A stretch of DNA of 64,000 nucleotides from Candidatus Omnitrophota bacterium. GTDB taxonomy: Bacteria > Omnitrophota > Gorgyraeia > JAFGGP01. Below are positions 1 through 8,016 of the stretch, piece after piece; the stretch's first letter is position 1; each line of letters begins with the position of its first letter. The notes below the pieces were generated by a model. That model ran no database searches. It worked only from the letters and a program-made list of their open reading frames with translations, and was not told the origin of the DNA. The position numbers and the translations under genes are program-made. Location: assembly GCA_016930485.1 (NCBI GenBank), contig JAFGGP010000021.1, forward strand, positions 12,452-76,451, written 5' to 3'.

Positions 1-759
1 CTCTCCCCTTGAATACGCCGAGGCTATCTGTTTTTGAAAAGGAATCCGCATTAAAATTGGAATTTCCTCTTTTTTGCAATAAGCCTCCGTTGCCTGATTT
101 CCTAAGTCAGAGCGATTGATGATCGCACCAAAAGGAATAGTAAGTTTCTTCACGACCTCAACAGCGAGCTTAAAATCATGCAACCCGAACGGCGTCGGCT
201 CGGTAACAAGAATGACGAAATCGCTGTCTTTTATCGCAGCGATTACCGGACACGATGTCCCCGGCGGGGCATCAATAACAGTTACCTTGGAGGAATTGAC
301 ATACCTTTTAACAGCCTTAATCAGGGGAGGCGCCATAGGCTCGCCTATTTTGAGAATGCCGTGAACAAAATCCAAACCCCGGTTGTTGCCTCTTTCAACG
401 TGCCCGATTACTTTATGAACCTCGTGTATGGCCTCCTGCGGACAAAAGTAACTGCACGAACCGCATCCATGACAAAGCTCCTGAAAAACAAGTGCCTTCT
501 GACCAAGCACGGCTATCGCATTATACGCGCAGACTTCCTTACACCTTCCACAGGCATTACAGAAAGACTCGTCAATCTCGGGCACAGGGATAAAAACTTC
601 TTTTTTGTCTGTAATATGCGGTTTTATAAAAATATGCGCATTCGGTTCTTCCACATCGCAATCCAAAAATTGCACGCCACCCTTCAGAGACAGGGCAAAA
701 TTCGTGGCAACGGTGGTCTTGCCTGTACCGCCTTTTCCGCTTGCGATTGCAATAATCAT
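1..759 (-). CDS. MinD/CooC-superfamily P-loop ATPase with two 4Fe-4S ferredoxin-type Cys motifs (partial; C-terminus lies outside the window)
   Basis: Missing from the ORF track because it runs off the window edge. Hand translation from the ATG at 759-757 gives MIIAIASGKGGTGKTTVATNFAL (deviant Walker A), CNACGRCKEVC, CHGCGSCSYFCP and DAPPGTSCP. All 253 codons are open down to position 1. The 178..798 + ORF is its antisense shadow. Confidence 0.85.
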   Translation of the reverse strand, partial: MIIAIASGKGGTGKTTVATNFALSLKGGVQFLDCDVEEPNAHIFIKPHITDKKEVFIPVPEIDESFCNACGRCKEVCAYNAIAVLGQKALVFQELCHGCGSCSYFCPQEAIHEVHKVIGHVERGNNRGLDFVHGILKIGEPMAPPLIKAVKRYVNSSKVTVIDAPPGTSCPVIAAIKDSDFVILVTEPTPFGLHDFKLAVEVVKKLTIPFGAIINRSDLGNQATEAYCKKEEIPILMRIPFQKQIASAYSRGE

Positions 760-761
760 GG

Positions 762-1373
762 TTATATGATCGGACGGTACGCTATCAGGGTTTCCTGATA
801 TGTTGTGCTGTAGGTTTGAACGGTAAAATACTTGGTTGATATATACTCCGCTGCTTCCTGCAGCGTAATGACTCCCAATTCATGCCTTCTTCCTTCATCA
901 GCGTGTATTTTTCCGACTAACGCAAAACCAGCCCTACTGAAATCACTCAGGACCATTTTTCCTTTGAATGATAGTACCCGCAATAACTCGTCAAGCACGC
1001 AAAAAGGTTTATCAAGATGATGCAATGTATTGACGGAAAAAATAACATCGAAACTGTTATTCGTAAAACTAAGACGTTCGGCGTTTTCTATTTTAAAGGT
1101 CGCCAGGTTTTTTAATCCCAGGTATTTCAAATGCAGTAGAGCAAGTTCCTGATTCTCTTCGGAAATATCAACCGATATAACGCTATGCCCTTCCCGCGCG
1201 AGAGCGGCCGTAAAATACCCTTTGCCGGTGCCGATCTCAAGGATTGTCCCTGAAAATGGCCTTGCTTTCTCTATAATACATCGGATTTCATGTTCGGTAT
1301 CATAGCCGCGATGCCGAAAAAGCTCCTCCCGTTCCCGACATCTCTGGTGATGTTCTACCGCGCGATTCTCCAT
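762..1373 (-). CDS. class I SAM-dependent methyltransferase
   Basis: Contains motif I ILEIGTGKGYF and DVIFSVNTLHHL. I start it at the internal Met (MENRAVEHH, 1373). The upstream part of the 264-aa ORF overlaps, in another frame, the better-supported gene at 1378..1584. Confidence 0.8.
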   Translation of the reverse strand: MENRAVEHHQRCREREELFRHRGYDTEHEIRCIIEKARPFSGTILEIGTGKGYFTAALAREGHSVISVDISEENQELALLHLKYLGLKNLATFKIENAERLSFTNNSFDVIFSVNTLHHLDKPFCVLDELLRVLSFKGKMVLSDFSRAGFALVGKIHADEGRRHELGVITLQEAAEYISTKYFTVQTYSTTYQETLIAYRPII

Positions 1374-1377
1374 GCGT

Positions 1378-1584
1378 TCACCCCCTGACCATCCGGGCCC
1401 CGCACTGAGGACAGACAACCGAATAGCAGGGTTGTCCGGCCTGATGTGCCATTTGTTTTCCACAATGGGGACATACACAAAATCCCCCCGGGCCGGCTCC
1501 GAAACGTCCGCCTCCCTGGCGCCCCCTACCTCTGCCTGCTCCGGGTGGCTGTCCAAAAGGTCCAGTTCCGTCTTTGTTCGGCAT
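1378..1584 (-). CDS. small DUF5320-like protein with C-terminal Cys4 zinc-ribbon
   Basis: The N-terminus MPNKDGTGPFGQPPGAGRGRG resembles the N-terminus of 2660..3037 (DRTGPMGMGPMTGRGAG). It is followed by CPHCG...CPQCG. RBS GAGGTGA sits upstream of the ATG. Confidence 0.7.
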   Translation of the reverse strand: MPNKDGTGPFGQPPGAGRGRGRQGGGRFGAGPGGFCVCPHCGKQMAHQAGQPCYSVVCPQCGARMVRG

Positions 1585-1639
1585 GATTCACCTCATCCTG
1601 TTGCGGTTAAACAGGAAGTGAAATGGCTGCAGTCGGACA

Positions 1640-1774
1640 CTAGCCGGCACAGACACCGCACGCTACGCAATTTTCCTGAACAACCGCTTTGTTATCTAAT
1701 ATGACATTAACCGGGCAGATATCAGCGTATATACCACAGCCCCTACATCCGTCTTTGCTGATTGTAACGGACAT
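1640..1774 (-). CDS. 44-aa ferredoxin-like mini-protein (below the ORF-track size cutoff)
   Basis: Hand translation gives MSVTISKDGCRGCGIYADICPVNVILDNKAVVQENCVACGVCAG*. It has CxxC...CP and CxxCxxC motifs. It fills the gap between two same-strand genes. Confidence 0.45.
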   Translation of the reverse strand: MSVTISKDGCRGCGIYADICPVNVILDNKAVVQENCVACGVCAG

Positions 1775-1801
1775 CGCTCATCCTTACCGATAATAGCAGA
1801 A

Positions 1802-2167
1802 TCAGTTCATGCCGAACTTGGAATCAACGTTGGGCTCCCGGGCTACACCAAACCTACCCTGTTTGTAATCATTGACTACCTCGTTAACCTTCCCGGAAAC
1901 ACCACTGATAACCTCTATGCCGGCAGCCTGCAGCGTCTGAAACGCGTTTGGTCCTACATTGCCTGTTAACACCACCTTTACGCCGTGATCGGCCATGAGC
2001 TGACCTGATTTCACGCCGACACCGCCCATACCGTCGATATTGGGATTAGGGAGCCCTGTAAATTCGAGAGTATCTGTATCGATGATCATAAAATACTGGC
2101 ATCTGCCGAATCGCGGATCAACCTGCGACTCTAATGTATTGCCCTGCGAGGTTACACAAATTTTCAT
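1802..2167 (-). CDS. NifB/NifX-family (dinitrogenase FeMo-cofactor-binding fold) protein
   Basis: MKICVTSQG...VDPRFGRCQYFMIIDTD...GVKVVLTGNVGPNAFQTLQAAGIEV matches the family signature. Confidence 0.85.
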   Translation of the reverse strand: MKICVTSQGNTLESQVDPRFGRCQYFMIIDTDTLEFTGLPNPNIDGMGGVGVKSGQLMADHGVKVVLTGNVGPNAFQTLQAAGIEVISGVSGKVNEVVNDYKQGRFGVAREPNVDSKFGMN

Positions 2168-2185
2168 ACTGCTACCGCCTTTCGA

Positions 2186-2605
2186 TTAATGGTCGTGCAC
2201 ATCTTCATCCGGATGTTCACACTCGGTTTTATCTAGTCCATATCCTTTGCCTGCACCGGGCTGACATAAACTTTGCCCCGATTCAAGCTTGCCCTGAACC
2301 AGCCGATGTATAACCTCATCCACCGCGCCGCTGATCCCTACGATTGTCTCTATTCCGGCATCGGCAAAGAGCATGAGGGCACGCTGACCCATGCCGCCGG
2401 CAATAATAGCACTTACGCCGTTTTGCTGCAGAAACCGGGGCAAAAATCCCGGATGGTGTCCCGGGTTATCAATCCGTTCTTGTCGTCTAACCACCCCGTC
2501 TTCAATATCCACAATCGTAAAATGGGGGCAGCGTCCAAAATGCGCAGATACAAAATCACCGTCTGTTGAAATGGCCACTTTCACATCAAGCCTCCTCGTT
2601 TGCAC
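2186..2605 (-). CDS. NifB/NifX-family protein (paralog)
   Basis: VKVAISTDGDFVSAHFGRCPHFTIVDIEDG...GVSAIIAGGMGQRALMLFADAGIETI. A GTG at 2584 preceded by GAGGAGG is a plausible alternative start. Confidence 0.85.
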   Translation of the reverse strand: MQTRRLDVKVAISTDGDFVSAHFGRCPHFTIVDIEDGVVRRQERIDNPGHHPGFLPRFLQQNGVSAIIAGGMGQRALMLFADAGIETIVGISGAVDEVIHRLVQGKLESGQSLCQPGAGKGYGLDKTECEHPDEDVHDH

Positions 2606-2659
2606 TCAAGAAAACAGGCGGGAACACACAACATTGTTTTGAACCCGCCTGTTTCTCTT

Positions 2660-3037
2660 TTAGGCGTTGCCTTCGGATGCCGCGCCCGACTCCAATTCGT
2701 TAATACGCTGGTTCAGAACGTTGATCTCATCCTGCATTACTCTTGCCTGTGCCTTCAGCATATCCGCTTCCTGTTGCGGGGTAACCTCAGCGGCATACGG
2801 TGCCGGCGAATACGGGTATCCATACCCATAAGGATACGCCGCCCATCGCCAGCCAAAACCCCGTCCCATGCCACGTCCTCTGCCGAACCCCCTGCCCCAG
2901 CCACGGCCAAATCCAAACGCCCCGCGTCCGGAGACCGGATTCATATATCCCGGCATAGAATAACCGGCGCAGTAACCCGCTCCCCTGCCTGTCATCGGCC
3001 CCATTCCCATAGGGCCTGTTCTGTCTCCACCTGGCAT
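2660..3037 (-). CDS. DUF5320-family protein (Gly/Arg-rich N-terminus, C-terminal coiled coil)
   Basis: MPGGDRTGPMGMGPMTGRGAGYCAG, then GRG/GFG repeats and a helical tail. The ATG at 3037 has RBS GGAGGTG 6 nt upstream. The track start at 3046 is a GTG. Confidence 0.75.
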   Translation of the reverse strand: MPGGDRTGPMGMGPMTGRGAGYCAGYSMPGYMNPVSGRGAFGFGRGWGRGFGRGRGMGRGFGWRWAAYPYGYGYPYSPAPYAAEVTPQQEADMLKAQARVMQDEINVLNQRINELESGAASEGNA

Positions 3038-3068
3038 CTCGATCACCTCCTTTTTGATTGCTGGTTAA

Positions 3069-3087
3069 TGAAAATCATTTCCATTTA
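3069..3087. promoter_or_regulatory. Fur-box-like motif, copy 1 (upstream of the DUF5320/NifX operon)
   Basis: TGAAAATCATTTCCATTTA is 17/19 identical to the motif at 3596..3614. Confidence 0.55.
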
Positions 3088-3111
3088 TTGTGTAAAAAAT
3101 TTTGTCGCTCT

Positions 3112-3582
3112 CTATGCCTTCTTTTTCCTGCAATTATCGCACATGCCGTAAAATTGAATCATATGATTGGTAATATCAAACTGGTATTTTTTGGCCAGTC
3201 CCTCTTCCGCGCGTTTTAAAAACTCGAGTTCTTCATCGATAAAGTCGGTATAGTTTATCACCCGCTTGCACGAGGTACACACCAGGTGATGGTGGTGTCC
3301 TTCTTTTTTTGGGCCCTCGGCCAGTTCATATCGCGCCCTGCCGTCTCCAAAGTCGAATTTGTGCACCAGGCCCATATCGACCAAAAGTTCCAGTGTCCTG
3401 TAAATAGTCGTAAGGCCTACGGACGGACACGATGGATGTACCTTTAAATAGATGTCCTCGGCACTCAGATGAGCTTCGGCCCTAGTGAGCACATGGAGAA
3501 TGGCCTCCCTTCCTAGGGTAATCCGGTATCCGCATCCCCTGAATCTACCGTGCCACCATACAGGCCCCCTCGGTCCCGGCAT
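3112..3582 (-). CDS. Fur-family metalloregulator (Fur/Zur/PerR type not resolved)
   Basis: Winged-helix N-domain, GHHHHLVCTSCKRV and a C-terminal CDNC pair. RBS AAGGAGGGG. Confidence 0.9.
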   Translation of the reverse strand: MPGPRGPVWWHGRFRGCGYRITLGREAILHVLTRAEAHLSAEDIYLKVHPSCPSVGLTTIYRTLELLVDMGLVHKFDFGDGRARYELAEGPKKEGHHHHLVCTSCKRVINYTDFIDEELEFLKRAEEGLAKKYQFDITNHMIQFYGMCDNCRKKKA

Positions 3583-3595
3583 AGCCCCTCCTTAT

Positions 3596-3614
3596 TGAAA
3601 ATGGTTTCCATTTA
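3596..3614. promoter_or_regulatory. Fur-box-like motif, copy 2 (overlaps the fur promoter and leader)
   Basis: TGAAAATGGTTTCCATTTA contains the inverted repeat AAATGG-TTT-CCATTT. It lies between the predicted -10 and the fur RBS. Confidence 0.6.
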
Positions 3615-3616
3615 CA

Positions 3617-3645
3617 AATATACACGGCTCCATTGCCCTTGTCAA
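3617..3645 (-). promoter_or_regulatory. sigma-70-type promoter of the Fur-family gene
   Basis: The minus strand reads TTGACA (3645-3640), a 17-nt spacer, then TATATT (3622-3617). Confidence 0.6.
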
Positions 3646-3675
3646 GCCCGGTTTTTTAAAAAGGCGGGCGCCTGC

Positions 3676-4302
3676 TTAGTTCTTCATCCCCGAAATCACC
3701 ACAAAGCCACCATCGCCGAACCCTTTCTTCGGTCTTTCTATCTCTCCGAGCGTATCCGGCGCATGAAAGAGTGTCTGATAATAAAAGAATGACTCAAACC
3801 CAGTTTTTACAAGGAGATGCGTTAATTCTTCAACACCAAAAAATCGTGCCTCTTCATAAAAAATGCCTTTTTTTTGCTGGTATTTCTCTCCCAAAAAAGA
3901 GTATTTATCAATGATGGCGACTACAATGCGGCCGTCTTTTTGCAGGACCCTGTTAGTCTCTCTGAGAACTTCCAGAGGATCGGCCGCAAAGCATAAGGTC
4001 ATGATAAGTGCGGCATAGTCAAAACCACTACGCTTAAAGGGCAGCTGCTCCCCCTTCCCCAAACAAACGTGCACTCCTCTCTGGCGGGCAATCGCGATCA
4101 TCTTTTGTGAGGGGTCAATCCCGATAGAAATTCCCAAAGGCGCTGCAAACCGGCCTGTCCCCACCCCAATTTCGATCCCCATTCCTTCCCGTGGTATGGC
4201 TTTTTTGAGAGCGGCCAATTCCGATAAATAGGCAAATGTATTCTTCTCATACCATGCATCATATCTTTGGTAGTATCTGTTAAAAATGCCGGGCATTCTC
4301 AT
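3676..4302 (-). CDS. class I SAM-dependent methyltransferase (type 11)
   Basis: GMGIEIGVGTGRFAAPLG motif I and a FDYAALIMTLCF region. Confidence 0.85.
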   Translation of the reverse strand: MRMPGIFNRYYQRYDAWYEKNTFAYLSELAALKKAIPREGMGIEIGVGTGRFAAPLGISIGIDPSQKMIAIARQRGVHVCLGKGEQLPFKRSGFDYAALIMTLCFAADPLEVLRETNRVLQKDGRIVVAIIDKYSFLGEKYQQKKGIFYEEARFFGVEELTHLLVKTGFESFFYYQTLFHAPDTLGEIERPKKGFGDGGFVVISGMKN

Positions 4303-4616
4303 TCCTTCAGGTCACCCCACCAGCCGTCATAAAACCGCTTGAGATGGTCGCGCATGGCCTCGTTTTTTTCTGATTCCGCATCCTGAACCTCGCTGAAATG
4401 AAACCGGTAATTCAGGCAATACTCTACTAACACCGCATGGGCATTATTGATTTGTTTAAACTTTTCCTCACACTCCTCCTTATCCTTCCCGGGACATCTG
4501 TCAGGATGGTGCTGCAGCGCGAGTTTTCTATAAGCCTCTTTAATCTCGGGGATAGTCGCGCTTTCACCGAGCCCAAGCATTGTCCTTGCGTTATCTATCT
4601 CTTCGAAAGACGGCAT
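4299..4616 (-). CDS. J-domain (DnaJ-like) protein
   Basis: IKEAYRKLALQHHPDR carries the HPD motif. There is no Zn-finger or C-terminal DnaJ domain. Confidence 0.8.
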   Translation of the reverse strand: MPSFEEIDNARTMLGLGESATIPEIKEAYRKLALQHHPDRCPGKDKEECEEKFKQINNAHAVLVEYCLNYRFHFSEVQDAESEKNEAMRDHLKRFYDGWWGDLKE

Positions 4617-4629
4617 GACTTATAGCCTC

Positions 4630-6369
4630 CTATTTTTTACGCCCGTCACCATTATCATCGATCGGTTCTCCGGTAGGGCCAGTGCAAAAAGCCCCTTCCG
4701 CCAGTCTTGTCTGTTGAGCCAGCATCATGTCACTATCATATGCATCCCTAGAGTTTAAGAATGACAGATACCCGCCTGATATGTTGGCCGTTTTATATCC
4801 CCGTTGGGATAAAATCCTGCAGGCTATGTGCGCCCGTATCCCTACATGGCAAAATACGATTATCTCCTTGTCGCTGGGTAGTTCTGGCAGGCGTTCTCTT
4901 ATCTCATCAACCGGGATGTTGACTGAATTGGGGACATTTCTTTCGGTGTGTTCCTTTGCCGTCCTTACATCGAGCAGAAACTCCTCGCCGGAAAGCTCTT
5001 CCCAATGTACCAGCTCGGTAATACCTCTGATATGATTTAAGGCCGTCATGCCCGCCAGATTAACGGCGTCTTTCGAGGACCCGTAGGGGGGCGCGTAGCA
5101 CAGTTCCAGCTCTGCTAGATCACGAACTGTCATCTTTTGTTTCACTGCTACCGCGAGAATATCCGCTCTTCTGGCAATCCCGTTTCTCCCCACTATTTGT
5201 GCCCCGAGAACAATCCCGCTGTCTTTCCCGTAGAGCAGTTTCAGCGCCATCTGCGTTGCGCCGGGGTAGTATCCCACGTGGTCGGCCGGAAAGGTATAGA
5301 CCTTTTCATAAGATACACCCGCTGCCCTCAGGGTTTTCTCACTGGCACCTGTCATGGCGGCCGTCAGGTTGAAAACCTTGACAATCGAAGTTCCCAATGT
5401 ACCTTTATATTCGTCTTCTATGCCGAACAGAGTATTTACCGCCACCAGCGCCTGTTTGGCTGCCGGCCCTGCCAGAGGGACATTGCGCCTCAGGCCCGTA
5501 ACAGGGTCTTCTGATTCGACAACATCACCTATGGCAAAAATTGACCCATCGGATGTCCTCATCTTCTTATCCGTCACAATCCCCTTTTTGCCTGTCTCAA
5601 GTCCGGCATCCCTGGCAAGCTGTATTTCGGGATAAACGCCGATAGCCATAATAATCAGATCCGCTGTAAGACGTCTTTCGGAAGATAGTATTACCTCCCA
5701 CCGGTCATCCTCTACGGTTATCCTCGTTACCTCGCTGTCAAGGTGAAGCCTGATATCATGTTCGCCCAGTTCGCGGTGCAGGATAACCGCCATCTCTTTA
5801 TCCATAGGCGGCATTACCTGGTCCATTTTTTCGATAAGGTGGGTCTCAATCCCCCGCTCGCGAAGATTTTCTGCCATTTCTATACCGATAAATCCCGCAC
5901 CGATCACAACCGCTCTTTTCACGCTACCGGCGTCGAGTTTTTCCTTTATCCTTTCTATATCCGGGACCGTCCGCACGGTATGAACACACTCGAGCGAAGC
6001 TCCCTCAAAGGACAGTCTTATCGGTTCTGCCCCTGGTGAGAGAATAAGACAGTCGTACGTCTCCTGATATTCCTTCTTTTTTTCATAATCTCTCACTGTG
6101 ACTAACTTGGCTTCTCTATCGATAGAGATAACCTCGCTTTTGATGCGCACATCTATGTTGAATCTTTTTCGCAGACCTTCCGGTGTCTGCACAAGAAGAC
6201 GTTTCTTCTTTTTAATTACATCGCCGGCATAATACGGCAGTCCGCAATTCGCAAAAGAAACATACTCGCCTCTCTCAAACAAGATTATCTCAGCGTCTTC
6301 GCTGAGCCTCCTTGCACGTGCCGCCGCACTGGCGCCGCCGGCGACGCCGCCCACTATAACCAGTTTCAT
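4630..6369 (-). CDS. CoA-disulfide reductase / NAD(P)H persulfide reductase fused to a rhodanese domain
   Basis: FAD-binding motif VIVGGVAGGASAA, redox Cys in SFANCGLPYY, a second Rossmann motif VIGAGFIGIE, and a C-terminal rhodanese active-site loop FCHVGIRA. Confidence 0.9.
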   Translation of the reverse strand: MKLVIVGGVAGGASAAARARRLSEDAEIILFERGEYVSFANCGLPYYAGDVIKKKKRLLVQTPEGLRKRFNIDVRIKSEVISIDREAKLVTVRDYEKKKEYQETYDCLILSPGAEPIRLSFEGASLECVHTVRTVPDIERIKEKLDAGSVKRAVVIGAGFIGIEMAENLRERGIETHLIEKMDQVMPPMDKEMAVILHRELGEHDIRLHLDSEVTRITVEDDRWEVILSSERRLTADLIIMAIGVYPEIQLARDAGLETGKKGIVTDKKMRTSDGSIFAIGDVVESEDPVTGLRRNVPLAGPAAKQALVAVNTLFGIEDEYKGTLGTSIVKVFNLTAAMTGASEKTLRAAGVSYEKVYTFPADHVGYYPGATQMALKLLYGKDSGIVLGAQIVGRNGIARRADILAVAVKQKMTVRDLAELELCYAPPYGSSKDAVNLAGMTALNHIRGITELVHWEELSGEEFLLDVRTAKEHTERNVPNSVNIPVDEIRERLPELPSDKEIIVFCHVGIRAHIACRILSQRGYKTANISGGYLSFLNSRDAYDSDMMLAQQTRLAEGAFCTGPTGEPIDDNGDGRKK

Positions 6370-6402
6370 AATATGTATCCCTTTCTCCTGAAGATATCCC
6401 GT

Positions 6403-6573
6403 TCACCTGCTTATGGCAAATAGCAACCCCAGAATGGCACCGTACACAGCCCCCCTAAGGGGGGTGCTTGTCAGGGGGCACGTCCCGCTTGCGCATCTGC
6501 CGAAATAACCCATACCCGCACCAAGTGCCGCACCCAGCGCCACAACGGCCATTTTTTTAACTATCTCGTTCAT
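6403..6573 (-). CDS. small membrane protein (DUF6132-like)
   Basis: MNEIVKKMAVVALGAALGAGMGYFGRCASGTCPLTSTPLRGAVYGAILGLLFAISR. I use the internal ATG at 6573 because GGAGA sits upstream and the start clears the trxA stop. Confidence 0.6.
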   Translation of the reverse strand: MNEIVKKMAVVALGAALGAGMGYFGRCASGTCPLTSTPLRGAVYGAILGLLFAISR

Positions 6574-6593
6574 ACATGTCTCCTCATGCCTGC

Positions 6594-6917
6594 TTACGCA
6601 TTGCAATGCGGTTCCACCATTTTTGCGATAGCCGACCTGGAAAGAACGCCGACGCTCTGGCCAGCTACTTTGCCGCCCTTAAAAACGATCAGGGTTGGGA
6701 TGCTCATTATTCCGTACCGCGAAGCAACGCCCGGGGCCTCGTCCACATTCAGCTTAACGACCTTTAACCTCCCCTGATATTCCCTGGCAATATCCTCAAC
6801 CGCCGGGGCGATCATGTGACAGGGTCCGCACCACGGTGCCCAGAAATCCACCAATACGGCGATATCAGACTGCAAAACCTCCTCTTCAAAATTCGCATCG
6901 TTCGCCATGACCTCCAT
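6594..6917 (-). CDS. trxA: thioredoxin
   Basis: WAPWCGPC active site, about 107 aa. Confidence 0.95.
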   Translation of the reverse strand: MEVMANDANFEEEVLQSDIAVLVDFWAPWCGPCHMIAPAVEDIAREYQGRLKVVKLNVDEAPGVASRYGIMSIPTLIVFKGGKVAGQSVGVLSRSAIAKMVEPHCNA

Positions 6918-6928
6918 AAGTTCCTCCT

Positions 6929-7204
6929 TTAGGTTTTATTCACGCCTGTCAAAAGCTGCCTTATCAGTTTCTGGTCGCGTAAACAATAACATCTCTGCTT
7001 GCCTTCCTGTCTGCACTCCACGATGCCGCTCAATTTTAAAAAAGAAAGGTGTTGTGAAAGATTCGGCTGGCGCACCTTCAGGAGTCCCTGCATATCATTG
7101 ACGCACTTTCTGCCGTTCAGCAACTCTGAAACAATGAGCAGTCTTGTCGGATGGGAAAGGGCCCTGAAAAAAGTAGCGGCCTTTTGACAGTCAACGTATT
7201 CCAT
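6929..7204 (-). CDS. ArsR/SmtB-family transcriptional regulator
   Basis: [18 protein letters not shown]...[18 protein letters not shown] start it at Met 7204 (MEYVDCQK). The longer ORF would read through its own promoter. Confidence 0.85.
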   Translation of the reverse strand: MEYVDCQKAATFFRALSHPTRLLIVSELLNGRKCVNDMQGLLKVRQPNLSQHLSFLKLSGIVECRQEGKQRCYCLRDQKLIRQLLTGVNKT

Positions 7205-7225
7205 GCGGCACCCCCTTTTTGTATA

Positions 7226-7273
7226 ATCATATTCGAATATTAGAATATTATCATATTCTTGCCTGCCTGTCAA
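7226..7273 (-). promoter_or_regulatory. sigma-70-type promoter with hexamer-palindrome operator for the arsR-trx-CoADR operon
   Basis: The minus strand reads TTGACA (7273-7268), a 17-nt spacer, then TAATAT (7250-7245). This overlaps GAATAT-GATA-ATATTC and ATATTCGAATAT palindromes. Confidence 0.6.
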
Positions 7274-7407
7274 GGGCCTCGTTTTTTGCCGTACCCGATC
7301 AGGGCTTCTTGCGTACTCGCCAGGTCGTCCGCGCGTTCTCTCTTTCGAAAAGGATTCCAAAATGCCAGCTGTACTACCTGATTAATAGACGCGTCTTGCC
7401 GGGCCGG

Positions 7408-7445
7408 AAAACAAAACCCCTGCAGCAGTAACTGCTGCAGGGGGG
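7408..7445 (-). terminator. rho-independent terminator after the Cys-rich peptide gene
   Basis: The minus strand reads CCCCTGCAGCAG-TTA-CTGCTGCAGGGG followed by TTTTGTTTT. Confidence 0.85.
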
Positions 7446-7473
7446 TATATTCGCACATCTGGTACTTTGCTGC

Positions 7474-7695
7474 TTACGAACCGGCACAGCCCGCGGAGCA
7501 ACCCGCACCGCATGCGCAAGTATCGCCCGCACAACATGACTGGCCGCTGCACTGGCAGGTACCATCGGTACAGCAGGCGCCCTTTTCACACGAACAGGTA
7601 GTCGTTGCACAACAACTGCCGGCCGCTACTGCTGCAAGACCAGAAACCTGTATCAGAAACGCCACTATTACCAGAATGAGAATAAGGTTTCTCAT
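7474..7695 (-). CDS. secreted Cys-rich (metallothionein-like) peptide
   Basis: Signal-peptide-like MRNLILILVIVAFLIQVSGLAAVAAGS is followed by a 46-aa tail with 14 Cys (CC, CxC and CxxxC motifs). It is co-oriented directly downstream of csoR. Confidence 0.7.
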   Translation of the reverse strand: MRNLILILVIVAFLIQVSGLAAVAAGSCCATTTCSCEKGACCTDGTCQCSGQSCCAGDTCACGAGCSAGCAGS

Positions 7696-7711
7696 CGTAA
7701 CCTCCTTGTGG

Positions 7712-7993
7712 TTAGATTTTTCTGAATTTTTTTATCAGCATCATAATCTCTTCGAGTTTTTCCTGCTTGTCGCTTTTCGAAGCCCCTTCCATCGCGCTGG
7801 TCACGCACCCCTCAAAGTGCCTCTCGAGTATCGCATCCTCAACCCGCGCAAGGGCAGCCACAACCGCACGGATCTGGACCAGGATGTCTACACAGTACTT
7901 TCCTTCTTCGATCATCTTCTGTATCCCGCGTACCTGCCCCTCAATCCTTTTGAGGGCAACCAGGTTGGCAGTGTGGTCAGGATAGGTACCCAT
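7712..7993 (-). CDS. csoR: CsoR-family metal-sensing repressor (Cu-type C-H-C ligand set)
   Basis: LKRIEGQVRGIQKMIEEGKYCVDILVQI...ERHFEGC places Cys, His and Cys at the CsoR ligand positions. Strong RBS AAAGGAGGAG. Confidence 0.9.
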   Translation of the reverse strand: MGTYPDHTANLVALKRIEGQVRGIQKMIEEGKYCVDILVQIRAVVAALARVEDAILERHFEGCVTSAMEGASKSDKQEKLEEIMMLIKKFRKI

Positions 7994-8016
7994 AACTCCT
8001 CCTTTCTCTCAAAGTG

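Noticed and set aside
178-798. 206-aa plus-strand ORF at the left edge
   Set aside because: It has no recognisable motifs. It lies exactly antisense to a fully open minus-strand frame that encodes a clear MinD-type ATPase with Walker A and two ferredoxin Cys motifs, so it is a shadow ORF.
1374-1556. N-terminal 61-aa extension of the 264-aa methyltransferase ORF
   Set aside because: The extension overlaps the 1378..1584 gene in another frame, and that gene has its own strong RBS and a paralog in the cluster. The methyltransferase fold starts after the internal Met at 1373.
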